Of a DNA stretch of 64,000 nt, positions 10,197-19,784 are shown one piece after another. The DNA lies in assembly GCA_965279375.1 (NCBI GenBank), contig OZ257156.1:1024001-1088000 (forward strand). Reading direction: 5' to 3'. The position numbers were made by a program, and so were the translations under genes. The notes beneath the pieces were generated by a model. That model was not told where the DNA came from. It worked only from the letters and a program-made list of their open reading frames with translations, and ran no database searches. This DNA is from Gemmatimonas sp. (GTDB lineage: Bacteria; Gemmatimonadota; Gemmatimonadetes; Gemmatimonadales; Gemmatimonadaceae). Position 1 is the stretch's first letter. The number at the start of each line of letters is the position of its first letter.

Positions 10197-10865
10197 CTAC
10201 TGCGTGTCTGGCGATGCGTTGTCTTCATCTTCGTGCGCCGCCGCCGTGTCCGTCGTAATGTCGTCAGCATCAGCGGATGCCTCAGCGGATGCCTCAGCGG
10301 GTGCATCGTCGACCGACTGACTATGCGGCAGCACGACGGTTACCTCTCCGTCGGCGTCCTGCTCATCGTCATCGTCGCTGGCATCGGCCGAGTCGTCTGA
10401 GGGGTCCAGCACGTTGAGCAGGCGACGGCAGAGGCGCGCCAATCGAGCGCGCTGCTCTCCCGTGAGCTCGCTCATCAGATCGACGATGGCGGCGGAGCGA
10501 ACTGGCGCGGCATTTGAGAGCACCGCGATACCATCGAGTGTGAGATGCACCGTCATGAAGCGTCGATCGGTCGCGTGGCGTTCACGACGCACGAGCGCCT
10601 TCTCTTCCAGCGCATCGATGATCGCCGTCATCTGTGCCTTGCTTCGCCCCAGCGCCTCGGCGAGCTCCTGCTGATGCACCGAGCCGCGCGACTGCAGGGT
10701 GTCGAGCACACCGAACTGCGATGCCGACAGACCGAACGCCTGCACCGCCGCATCAACGCGTGATGCCGACAGCGCCGCTGCCCGCTGCAAACGTGAATAG
10801 GCATCGAGTGCCCGTCGCCGCTTCTTTTCGCCCTTTCCGCTCATGCCTTTCGCTCCATAGGTCAC
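10197..10865 (-). CDS. MarR family transcriptional regulator with long acidic C-terminal tail
   Basis: GLS.SQF.VL, HTH 'QQELAEALG.SKA.MT.IIDALE.K.LV.R' and DRR wing. GTG overlaps the upstream stop; alternative start ATG 10844. Confidence 0.85.
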   Translation of the reverse strand: MTYGAKGMSGKGEKKRRRALDAYSRLQRAAALSASRVDAAVQAFGLSASQFGVLDTLQSRGSVHQQELAEALGRSKAQMTAIIDALEEKALVRRERHATDRRFMTVHLTLDGIAVLSNAAPVRSAAIVDLMSELTGEQRARLARLCRRLLNVLDPSDDSADASDDDDEQDADGEVTVVLPHSQSVDDAPAEASAEASADADDITTDTAAAHEDEDNASPDTQ

Positions 10866-13012
10866 CCGCGCGTGATGCCGGCGTGCCGGCTGGCAATGCG
10901 ATCGGCCAACACCGACGCGACCGCCATGATGGTTTCCTGAGGGTTCACGCCAAGCGCGGTTGGCAGGAGTGACCCGTCGGAAATGTACAGGCCGCGCACC
11001 CCATGGCGCTCGCCGTCCGGGGTTGCGCCGCTCGTACGAGGATCGGTGCCCATGCGGCAGGTGCCGTTCACGTGCGCCGAGAAGAGCCCGATGTCGTTCG
11101 GGGCAAACGAGGCGTGATCGAGCTGCGCCAGATCGGCCTCGTTCCGTATCCGCACCGGCGAGGTGTGGAATGTCCCGACCTCGCTGGCGCCATTGGCCAG
11201 ATGCAACCGTGCCGACGCCACGACCGAGGCCCGGACCCGCTCTCGGTCTGCGTCCGTGAGGCGATAGTGAATGCGCGTTCGACCTGCCCTATCCACTGTC
11301 ACAGTCCCGCTCGACGTCTGCCGATCGGCTCCGTCGCGCGTCAGCCCGATCAGCACACCCAGTCGGTTGAACTCGCGCATGCGCGCCGCGTGCGCCGCGC
11401 CAAAGCCCGGCATCGCCGCGGCGGTGAATGACGGGTGCATCGGCGGGCACTGTATCCAGAAGCCGTAGTCGGTGCCGTTCCAGCGAATGAACTCATCGCA
11501 CATCGTCGTCATCGGAATACCGGTGCTGGTGATGACGTCGTGTTCGTAGCGACCGAAGATGGCCGTCGTCGGATGCAGCCTGAGCCACGATCCCACGCCA
11601 CCCCCGCCAAACCCGGAGCGCTGCAGCAGCGCGGGCGTCCCGATGCCTCCGCCAGCCACGATCACCAGCGGCGCGTCGACGGTGAGCGCATGCGATCTGC
11701 CCGGCTGCTGTCGATCGTGCATGCGCGCATGGACACGCTTGAGCGGCGGCGTACCGGCGCCGCCATCGCGTTCACGAAGTTCGATGCGCGTGACGTGCGC
11801 GTTGGCGTAGAGCGTCGCGCCGCGCGAGAGCGCATCCGGCAGATACGTGAGCAGCGTGGACTGCTTGGCATCGTGTCGACAGCCCACACCGCAGAAGCCG
11901 CAGCGAATACAGCCCGCAGCATTGATGGCCGCTGACCTCGCGCGCCACCCCAATTGCGTCGCACCGTCGAGGATGAGCCGGTTGTTCGCCGAATGTGCGT
12001 CGTTCGGTACCTGGCGTGCGTGCACCCGCTGCTCGACGCGATCGAAGATGGGCGCCATTTCGCCGGGGCTCATGCCGTACACCCCGGACTCGCGCGCCCA
12101 CTGCTCCAGCACATAGTCCGGCGTCCGCAGCATGATCATCCAGTTCACCGTGGTCGAGCCACCCACGGTGCTTCCCTGCACCATCGCCACCGACATGTCT
12201 TCCGTAGCGCGCAGCGCGCCGTCCGCGTAGAGACGCTCCGTTAGGTCGGCCTCACGCTCATCGAAGTCGGCTTTGGTGAAGTAGCCACCCTCCTCGAGCA
12301 TCACGACGGAAAAGCCCGCAGCGGCAAGTCGGGCCGCAGTGACTGCGCCGCCTGCTCCCGTGCCGATCACCACTGCGTCGACCGTGCGATGCTGGTCGGC
12401 GGAGAATCTCGCGGCCGTCTGCACTCCAGTCGGCAACGGTTCACGCGCAATCACCGCGGGTAGCGCGACGTGACCGCGACGCACCGGCTCCGCGTCGGTA
12501 TCCAGACCGGCGAGCGGACCCTCCCACGGTGCCTGTGGCACCCGCGATTGCAGCGGGCCCGCGTAGTGCATGGCGGCCGCAACTTCCGCGCGCGAGTAGT
12601 GCACGGCCAGGACCAGTCGTCGAACCGCCTGGAACGCAGACTTGATCTGCGGAATGCGCGAGATCGACCATGACGTGAAGCAGCGCGCTTGTTCGTCGCG
12701 CGAGAGTGCGGCGAAAGGCGTGGGCCGTCCGATAGCCAGCAGAACACCGGCGCGGCCGCTCAACACCGTGATTGCGGTGCCCAGTTCGCGCTGCTTGTGC
12801 GGCGCGAGTGATGCGAGTCGGGCATCGCATCGCATCACGAACTGCGCAATCGTCTCGTTGCCGGGGGCAGCGCCATCGAGCACGCACGGCGCCAACGCTC
12901 CGAGTCGCACGCGCTGATCCGCGGTCAGATGCTCGACCGTCGGATGTGCGTGCGGTGAGGGTCCATTCGGCAAGGCGGCGGGAGACACGACGGGTAGGCT
13001 ACTTGTGTCCAA
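10862..13012 (-). CDS. GMC family oxidoreductase (long-chain alcohol oxidase-like)
   Basis: GTGAGG FAD motif, GSTVGGSTTVN, C..CG.C..GC, SAH..GTCRMG and GVNP..TIMA motifs. Confidence 0.9.
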   Translation of the reverse strand: MDTSSLPVVSPAALPNGPSPHAHPTVEHLTADQRVRLGALAPCVLDGAAPGNETIAQFVMRCDARLASLAPHKQRELGTAITVLSGRAGVLLAIGRPTPFAALSRDEQARCFTSWSISRIPQIKSAFQAVRRLVLAVHYSRAEVAAAMHYAGPLQSRVPQAPWEGPLAGLDTDAEPVRRGHVALPAVIAREPLPTGVQTAARFSADQHRTVDAVVIGTGAGGAVTAARLAAAGFSVVMLEEGGYFTKADFDEREADLTERLYADGALRATEDMSVAMVQGSTVGGSTTVNWMIMLRTPDYVLEQWARESGVYGMSPGEMAPIFDRVEQRVHARQVPNDAHSANNRLILDGATQLGWRARSAAINAAGCIRCGFCGVGCRHDAKQSTLLTYLPDALSRGATLYANAHVTRIELRERDGGAGTPPLKRVHARMHDRQQPGRSHALTVDAPLVIVAGGGIGTPALLQRSGFGGGGVGSWLRLHPTTAIFGRYEHDVITSTGIPMTTMCDEFIRWNGTDYGFWIQCPPMHPSFTAAAMPGFGAAHAARMREFNRLGVLIGLTRDGADRQTSSGTVTVDRAGRTRIHYRLTDADRERVRASVVASARLHLANGASEVGTFHTSPVRIRNEADLAQLDHASFAPNDIGLFSAHVNGTCRMGTDPRTSGATPDGERHGVRGLYISDGSLLPTALGVNPQETIMAVASVLADRIASRHAGITRG

Positions 13013-13073
13013 CCTCTGCCGCCAGAGTCGCGCACGTCACAGCCTCGTGAGCGACGAGCGTGAGCGTCAAACG

Positions 13074-13589
13074 TCAGCGCGGACCCGAATTCGCCGTGAG
13101 CGCAGCCGACGCCGAATGAATGGCCTCACGGATGCGCGGATACGTGCCGCAGCGACAGAGATTGCCGGCCATGGCCCGATCGATATCCGCATCGGTGACC
13201 GCTGGCGTCGCGCGCAGCAGGGCACAAGCCGACACTATCTGCCCCGGCTGACAGTAACCGCACTGCACCACGTCCACCTGCGCCCACGCTGCCGAAAGCG
13301 CCGTCGCCTCTTTCCCGCTTAGTCCTTCGATCGTCGTGACGTCCTTCATACCAACTGCGGACAGCGGCGTGACGCAGGCGCGAACAGGTGCGCCGTCGAC
13401 CAACACGGTGCAGGCACCACAAACCGCGATGCCGCAGCCGAACTTGGGCCCCGTCTGCTGCAACTCGCCGCGTAGCACCCAGAGGAGCGGTGTGTCGGGC
13501 GGCGAAGAGACGGACAGCACGGCACCGTTCACGCGCAGCGACATCGGCGGCTCATCGTTCGCGACTGGTGTCGACGGAGACTGGCTCAT
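13074..13589 (-). CDS. iorA: (2Fe-2S)-binding small subunit, isoquinoline 1-oxidoreductase alpha-like
   Basis: PLLWVLR, KFGCG...CGACTV, QCGYCQ.GQ and GNLCRCGTY motifs. Confidence 0.85.
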   Translation of the reverse strand: MSQSPSTPVANDEPPMSLRVNGAVLSVSSPPDTPLLWVLRGELQQTGPKFGCGIAVCGACTVLVDGAPVRACVTPLSAVGMKDVTTIEGLSGKEATALSAAWAQVDVVQCGYCQPGQIVSACALLRATPAVTDADIDRAMAGNLCRCGTYPRIREAIHSASAALTANSGPR

Positions 13590-13596
13590 GAGGCGT

Positions 13597-15882
13597 TCAC
13601 GTCGCGTTCTCGCCGGCAAGTCGCAAGGGCAACGCGCGTAGTCGTTGACCCGTGGCGGCAAAGACTGCATTGGCCACCGCGGGCGCGATGGGCGGCACGG
13701 CGACTTCGCCCATTCCTTCGGGTGGTTCGAGCGACTGCACGATCTCCGTTTCGATCACAGGGCACTCGTCAATGCGCAGCGGCGCGTAGTCGTGAAAGTT
13801 GTGCTGCTGCACCTGACCGTTCACGATCGTGATCTCGCCACGCAGCGCGGCTGACAAGCCAAACACGATACCGCCCTCCATCTGCTGGCGAATGATGTTG
13901 GGGTTCACGGGGAAGCCACAGTCCACGACGGCATACACACGCATCACGCGGATCTGCTGCTCTGCATCCACGGCAACCTCCGCGACCTGCGCCACAATGC
14001 TGCCGAATGACTGATGCAGCGCGACACCACGCCCGATGCGCGTTCCCACTGTCGTTGGTTGAGCGAGCGGCGTGTTCCAGTGGGATAGCGCTGCGACGCG
14101 CTGCAACACATGCGCGTGTCGTGGATGCGACGTCAACAGTCCAAGCCGAAACGCGACGGGATCTGCACCGGCGGCATGCGCCACTTCATCCATGAAGCAT
14201 TCCTTGAAGAACGCCTGGTGCGAGTGACCGACGCTGCGCCAATAGCCGATGGGCACCGGGAGCGTGACGTCTTCGTGCGCGATTCGCGCCGTCGGATATT
14301 CGTACGGCTGGTCGAACGCACCTTCGCTCGTGGACTTGTCGTACGTGCGTGCCGGCAAACCAAAGTATCGATCGAATATCTGCGGGACGATCGCTTGTCC
14401 GGCCGACGTGTTCTTCCACGCCACGAGTGCGTGTGCCGCATCGAGCCCCGCCGAGAAGCGCGCCACGCACGCCGGTCGGTAGAAGTCGTGCTGAATGTCT
14501 TCCTCGCGCGACCAGAAGGTCTGCACCGGCACACCTTGCGCATGGTTCGCAATCGCTGCAGCCTGCGCGATGAAGTCCACGTCGAGACGACGTCCAAAGC
14601 CTCCGCCGATCAACTGCACGCGCATGTCGATGGCGTCCTGCGGCAGCTCGATCGCCTTCGACACGGCACGACGCGCCACATCCGGCGCTTGCGTCGCCGC
14701 CCAGACGGTCGCGCGACCGTTGTCCACCTGCACCGTGCAGGAGATCGGTTCCATCGTGGCGTGCGCAAGGTACGGCGCACGATACTCCGCCTGCACACGC
14801 TGCGTGGCGCTGGCCAGCGCAGCGTCCACGTCACCGTGCGAGTAGAACGAGTGCCCGTCATGATCATCGAGCGTGCGCGCAAGCTGCTGCATGATGTCGG
14901 CGCTCGAGACGTTGGCCATCGCGCCATGATCCCACGTGATCTCCAGCGCCTTGAGCGCGTTGAGCGCCTGATGCGGCAACGCAGCAATCACGGCCATGCC
15001 CGCCGTGCCGCCGTTGTAGCCATTCACCACAAACACATCCGTCACGCCAGGCAGCGCGCGCGCCGCACTGGCATCGAATCCGCGCACGGTGCCACCGATG
15101 GTCGGACACATGCGCACACTCGCGTAGCGCATCTTGGGCACGATCACATCCAGACCGAACGTCGCGCTGCCCGCTGCCTTCTCGGCGCCATCACGTCGAT
15201 GGATCGGCGTACCGATGATGCGAAACTGTCCCGGCGCCTTGAGTGGCGCGTTGGCATTCAGCGACTGCGAGGCCGCACCCTCGATGAGGGCGCCGTACGT
15301 CGCGCGCTTGCCACTCGCGTGGATGACGGTGCTTTGCTCGGTCGTCAGCTCCGATACAGGTACCTTCCACTGCTCGGCGGCGGCCGCCAGCAGCATCGCC
15401 CGCGCCGACGCACCCGCCTGACGCATCGGAAGCCACAGATCCTTCATGCTCGACGAGCCGCCGGTGAGCATGAGCCCTGCTTCGCGCATCCCCTTTGCCG
15501 TCAGCCACTGCGCGGTGCGCTTCATCAGTCCGTGATCGTCCGGATGAAACGGGAGTCCGTCCACTACGCTGGTGATCTTGTTGTAGATCGGGTCGATAGG
15601 CGACATCTCGGTGCGCACCAGCGACCAGTCGGCGTCGAGCTCGTCGGCAAGCAGCATGGCGAGTGCCGTGTGCACACCTTGCCCCATCTCCGACTTCGCC
15701 ATGATCACCGTGACGTGATTGTCGGCGCCGATCTTCACCCAGCCGTTCAAGGCATGTTCGCCCGCACCCTCAGGCAGTGGCCTGCGCGTGCTCAGTCGGC
15801 TGCGTGGCGGCAGCAGTGTCCATCCAATGCCGACGGCTCCCACGGTGGCAAGACTTCGCAAGACGAACTGGCGGCGATTCAT
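13597..15882 (-). CDS. iorB: Molybdopterin-binding large subunit, isoquinoline 1-oxidoreductase beta / aldehyde dehydrogenase-like, with Tat signal
   Basis: MNRRQF Tat motif, SEMGQG, TGGS.S, HATMEP, GGGFGRR, WRSV and GMGE...PP.APA.ANA motifs. Confidence 0.85.
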   Translation of the reverse strand: MNRRQFVLRSLATVGAVGIGWTLLPPRSRLSTRRPLPEGAGEHALNGWVKIGADNHVTVIMAKSEMGQGVHTALAMLLADELDADWSLVRTEMSPIDPIYNKITSVVDGLPFHPDDHGLMKRTAQWLTAKGMREAGLMLTGGSSSMKDLWLPMRQAGASARAMLLAAAAEQWKVPVSELTTEQSTVIHASGKRATYGALIEGAASQSLNANAPLKAPGQFRIIGTPIHRRDGAEKAAGSATFGLDVIVPKMRYASVRMCPTIGGTVRGFDASAARALPGVTDVFVVNGYNGGTAGMAVIAALPHQALNALKALEITWDHGAMANVSSADIMQQLARTLDDHDGHSFYSHGDVDAALASATQRVQAEYRAPYLAHATMEPISCTVQVDNGRATVWAATQAPDVARRAVSKAIELPQDAIDMRVQLIGGGFGRRLDVDFIAQAAAIANHAQGVPVQTFWSREEDIQHDFYRPACVARFSAGLDAAHALVAWKNTSAGQAIVPQIFDRYFGLPARTYDKSTSEGAFDQPYEYPTARIAHEDVTLPVPIGYWRSVGHSHQAFFKECFMDEVAHAAGADPVAFRLGLLTSHPRHAHVLQRVAALSHWNTPLAQPTTVGTRIGRGVALHQSFGSIVAQVAEVAVDAEQQIRVMRVYAVVDCGFPVNPNIIRQQMEGGIVFGLSAALRGEITIVNGQVQQHNFHDYAPLRIDECPVIETEIVQSLEPPEGMGEVAVPPIAPAVANAVFAATGQRLRALPLRLAGENAT

Positions 15883-15989
15883 GCGCGAACTCTATGCGAT
15901 CGCCCATGATGGCGCGACGCACGAACGGGGACTCCGCGAGCCTTCCGCAGTAGTCCCCGTTCCATCTACCTGATCGCGCACTACATGTG

Positions 15990-16352
15990 CTACAGCGCCG
16001 ACGCGAACTCCCGCTGCGTTTCGTCGTTCAACAGCACCCACAGCGAGTAGCCGCCAAAGAGCGTACCGAACGGCCACTTGAAGAGACGGAAGGCCGAGAC
16101 GGCAATGATGACGTACCGCGCCCATTGCTGGTGATTGAGCAAGCCGAAGCCGGCAATGACGCCGAAGAGGCTGAAGGCGCCGAGGATGACAGCACCGATG
16201 ACGCTGGCGACGGTCACCGCGAGGAAGCTGAAGAGGCCTCCCGAGAACAGGCCGCCGAAGATGCCACCCACGAGCACGCCCGCTGCGGCGAGCAGACCCA
16301 GCGCGCTGTAGAGGATGTTGACGATGGCGACCACCTTGATGTGCGAGCGCAT
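15990..16352 (-). CDS. Small hypothetical membrane protein
   Basis: 120 aa with about 4 hydrophobic segments and a 'WAR...PFGT..G.Y.LWVL' pattern. Confidence 0.75.
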   Translation of the reverse strand: MRSHIKVVAIVNILYSALGLLAAAGVLVGGIFGGLFSGGLFSFLAVTVASVIGAVILGAFSLFGVIAGFGLLNHQQWARYVIIAVSAFRLFKWPFGTLFGGYSLWVLLNDETQREFASAL

Positions 16353-16515
16353 GCCGGGATTCCCCGCGAAATAGTTGACGAGCGTTGAGATCGGTACCGT
16401 AACAGGCGGACGGTGCGTCCGCGGCGACAGCGCTCCCTACGCGACGGGTTTCGCGGAGGATTCAGAGAGTCACCCGAGAGTCTTCTTGCCGGGACGAAGA
16501 TTCCCGGCCAGCGCC

Positions 16516-17493
16516 TCAGGCCGACGCGAGTCGCTTGCGCAGGTGCGGCGCGAGCGAGACCAGCGCCACACCGCCGACGATGACGATCATCGCCAGGAAC
16601 GCCCGCGGCGGGAACGCCTCGCCGAGGATGACCACACCCAGAAGCACCGCGACGACCGGGTTCACGTAGGCGTACGTCCCCACCGCAGTTGGGCTCGCCA
16701 CGCTCAGCAGCCACATGTAGGTGCTGAAGCCCACCAGCGATCCGAACACGATGAGATACGCGAGCGCACCCATCGAGGACGCCGACACATGCGCAGTCGC
16801 CCAGAGGTGGCTCACTTCGCCGGTGGCCAGCGCGAGCAGCCCGAGCAATGTGCCGCCCACGAGCATCTGCATGGCGATGGCCAGCGACGCCGGTTTGGCG
16901 AGTTTGGCTTTGCGAGAGTACAGGGACCCGATTGTCCACGAAAGCGCACTGCAGGAGAGGAGCAGGGCGCCCAGCGGATCGACGGCGGCGCTTTTCCAGT
17001 CGCCGTTGGCCGGCAGCACGAGCAGCCCCACGCCCACCAACCCGATGGCCACACCGATCAGCTTCTCCGGCGTGGCGCGCGTGCCCTGCCACCGTTCGCA
17101 GAGGACGAGCCAGAAGGGGACGGTGGCGACAAGGAGCGAGGTCATGCCGGAGCTGACCCGTTGCTCCGACCAGGAGACAGCGCCGTTGCCGACAAACAGG
17201 AGCAGCGCGCCCACGATCGCCGATGCGCGCCATTCTTCTACTGTCGGCTTTTCAGCGCCACGAAAGCGGCTCCATGCGTACAACATCGAGCCAGCTACCA
17301 GAAATCTTGCCGATCCGAGCACGAACGGCGGCAAGGTTTCCAGTGCCACTCGGATCGCCAGATATGTCGAGCCCCATACCACATAGATCACCAGGAATCC
17401 GACCAGCAGCTGCAGCCGCGTGGCGGTGTGGTCGTGGGGGGGTGCTGCCGTCGGCCCGTCGGCAGAGGTTCCGCGAGAACGGGCGTCAGTCAT
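16516..17493 (-). CDS. EamA/DMT family transporter (YedA-like)
   Basis: YVVWGSTYLAIR, PPF....RF..AG and YAYVNPVVAVLLG motifs; about 10 TM helices. Confidence 0.9.
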   Translation of the reverse strand: MTDARSRGTSADGPTAAPPHDHTATRLQLLVGFLVIYVVWGSTYLAIRVALETLPPFVLGSARFLVAGSMLYAWSRFRGAEKPTVEEWRASAIVGALLLFVGNGAVSWSEQRVSSGMTSLLVATVPFWLVLCERWQGTRATPEKLIGVAIGLVGVGLLVLPANGDWKSAAVDPLGALLLSCSALSWTIGSLYSRKAKLAKPASLAIAMQMLVGGTLLGLLALATGEVSHLWATAHVSASSMGALAYLIVFGSLVGFSTYMWLLSVASPTAVGTYAYVNPVVAVLLGVVILGEAFPPRAFLAMIVIVGGVALVSLAPHLRKRLASA

Positions 17494-18490
17494 GGGCGCG
17501 GTCCCGAATGGCGCGCATGGCCGCATCTCCCGCCGCGATTCCGCCGGCGACGATGTACAGATAGAAGGTGTAGAAGCGCCACCAGATCAGCGTCGCCGCA
17601 AAGATGCCGGCCGGGATCGCGTTCTTGAGCGTCGCCGCGAATGCACCCTCGATGAAGCCGCCGCCGCCCGGCGCCGGCACTACCACTCCGCCGTAGAAGA
17701 GCGCGAGCGGCCAGAGCACCAGCGGCGCCAGAGTGTCCATGCTCAGCGGAAAGCTGCGGTCGCCCAGATATACCAGAATGGGGAGCGTGGCCACCTTGAA
17801 GAGCACGTGCACCACCGACCCAAGAAAGGCGATGAACATCAGCCCCGGCTTGGCGGTCTTGAGCGACTGCACCGACTGCCGCAGCTGCCGAAGTGTGCGC
17901 TGCACGCCGCGCCACCGTCCGGCGTGCAACCCGATTCGCTTGGCCCACGCGGGCGGCGGCCCGTTGGCGCTGTTCCGCGCCAACAGCAGACCGATCGCGC
18001 CAGCGCCGAGTACGGCGGTGCTGTAGCCACCGACCAATCCGAGGAGCCCAGCGATCGACGCGCCGCGCCCGCGAAAGAAGAACGCGAGGAGCAGACAGAC
18101 CAGCGCCAGCGAGCACATCTCGAGAAACAGCTCGAGAAACAAGACGACCACCCGCCCCGCGGCCGCCATCCCGCTCTCCGCCAGCACCAGAAACCGTGCA
18201 GGCTCGGCGCCGGATCGGGCCGGCGTGATCGCGGCGGCAAAGTCTCCGCCCAGACAGACGCGAACGGCCGTGCCAAAGCGGAGGGGGAGCCGAACAGCGT
18301 GCGCCGATGCCTGGATCTTGAGTGACCGGGTCATCACTTCGAGAAAGGCGGCCATCAGCGCCGCGCCGTGGGCGCCCCACGCCAGCGACGGCATGCCTCC
18401 TGCCGGCCAGTTGGTTGCGACCACCCAGATGGACGCGCCAAACATGAGCCCGAACGACAGAATGGTGACGAGCCAGCGATTTCGGTTCAT
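17486..18490 (-). CDS. Lysylphosphatidylglycerol synthase TM-domain (UPF0104, flippase-like) protein
   Basis: ITP..SGAEP, PAPGGGGFIE and WRFYTFY motifs. Confidence 0.85.
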   Translation of the reverse strand: MNRNRWLVTILSFGLMFGASIWVVATNWPAGGMPSLAWGAHGAALMAAFLEVMTRSLKIQASAHAVRLPLRFGTAVRVCLGGDFAAAITPARSGAEPARFLVLAESGMAAAGRVVVLFLELFLEMCSLALVCLLLAFFFRGRGASIAGLLGLVGGYSTAVLGAGAIGLLLARNSANGPPPAWAKRIGLHAGRWRGVQRTLRQLRQSVQSLKTAKPGLMFIAFLGSVVHVLFKVATLPILVYLGDRSFPLSMDTLAPLVLWPLALFYGGVVVPAPGGGGFIEGAFAATLKNAIPAGIFAATLIWWRFYTFYLYIVAGGIAAGDAAMRAIRDRAHD

Positions 18491-18604
18491 GAAAGCGGTG
18501 AAGATTCGCGCAATGAAGGGACGAGCAGTAAAGTAGCGAGGTAGAACCGACCGTCGGCGCAGGGTGCGTCACGGCAACTGAACGCAGTGAAAGCGAGGCG
18601 ACTC

Positions 18605-19780
18605 ATGTCCGGTTCCATGTCCCGCCGCCAGTGGTTGGTCGCATCAGGCCTCAGCGCGACCGCTACGCTCACGCTCCCGCAGATGCTGCGCGCGAGCGGC
18701 TCCCCGTCGCTCGATCCACACGCCCCTGTCGACTACGACGCGCTCGCGCGCGCGGCGACGGAAGCGCGGCGAGCCGCGGGCCCTATACGGTTGTGCTTCA
18801 ACGAGAATCCGTTCGGCATGTCGCCCAAGGCGAAGGCCGCGATCATGACCTCGTGGGATCAGCACAACAAGTATCAGCTCCCCGCCGTCGCGGAGCTGCG
18901 TGCCGCGTTCGCCAAGAGTGTGGGTGTGCCGACCGAAAACGTGCTGGTGACGCAGGGTTCGGGCGAAGTGCTCGACATCGCCGCCCTCGCGTACAGCATG
19001 CACGGCGGCGAGATCGTCACGGCGTGGCCCACGTTCGAAGGGCTGCCGCGCTACGCCGAAGCGATCGGCGCGACGGTGCACAAGTTGCCGCTGACCGCAT
19101 CACTCGGGCAGGACTTTGCAGCGATGGACACGCGCATCACCAACTCGGTGTCGCTTGCCTACGTCTGCAATCCCAACAACCCCACGGGCACGCTCTCCGA
19201 CACGAAGCAGTTGCACGACTTCGTGAGCAGTGCGTCACGCCGCGCAGTGGTGGTGGTGGACGAAGCATACCATGACTTCGTCGATGATCCGTCGTATCGC
19301 TCGTGCATCGATCTGGTGCTCAAGGGCGAGAACGTGATCGTGTCGCGCACGGCCTCCAAGATTCACGGCATGGCCGCGCTGCGCGTCGGCTTCGCAATTG
19401 CGCGCGCGGACATCATCGAGCGATTGCAGAAGTGTGTCACGGGTACGCCCAACGTCTTTGGCGCGCAGGCCGTGATCGCCTCGATCGCGGACACGGAATA
19501 CCAGAATTTCGTGAAGGCCCGGAATCGCGAAGGACGTGCACTGCTGGTGGACACGCTCACCAAGCTGGGCAAGCGCGTTGCGCCATCGCAGGCCAACTTC
19601 GTCTTCTTCCAGGCGGGGATGTCGGGCGAAGCGTTGCGCGTCTCGATGCTGGCCAAGGGTTTCATGATCGGCCGCGCGTTCCCGCCGTACAACGACTGGT
19701 CACGCGTGAGCATCGGTACGCCCGACGAAATGCAGGCGTTCGTTAAAGCGCTTCCCAGCTCGATGGCTGGCGCGGGCTAA
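18605..19780 (+). CDS. Class I/II PLP aminotransferase (HisC-like) with twin-arginine signal peptide
   Basis: NENPFG, CNPNNPTG, DEAY and RTASKIHGMA.LRVG motifs. N-terminal SRRQWL followed by a hydrophobic stretch. Confidence 0.85.
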   Translation: MSGSMSRRQWLVASGLSATATLTLPQMLRASGSPSLDPHAPVDYDALARAATEARRAAGPIRLCFNENPFGMSPKAKAAIMTSWDQHNKYQLPAVAELRAAFAKSVGVPTENVLVTQGSGEVLDIAALAYSMHGGEIVTAWPTFEGLPRYAEAIGATVHKLPLTASLGQDFAAMDTRITNSVSLAYVCNPNNPTGTLSDTKQLHDFVSSASRRAVVVVDEAYHDFVDDPSYRSCIDLVLKGENVIVSRTASKIHGMAALRVGFAIARADIIERLQKCVTGTPNVFGAQAVIASIADTEYQNFVKARNREGRALLVDTLTKLGKRVAPSQANFVFFQAGMSGEALRVSMLAKGFMIGRAFPPYNDWSRVSIGTPDEMQAFVKALPSSMAGAG

Positions 19781-19784
19781 CTCG

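Noticed and set aside
14110..15909. Long antisense ORFs (599 aa here; also 30684-32441, 39556-41226, 43962-45947, 56941-58476)
   Set aside because: Shadow ORFs opposite well-supported genes, expected at high GC; Arg/Ala-rich with no motifs.
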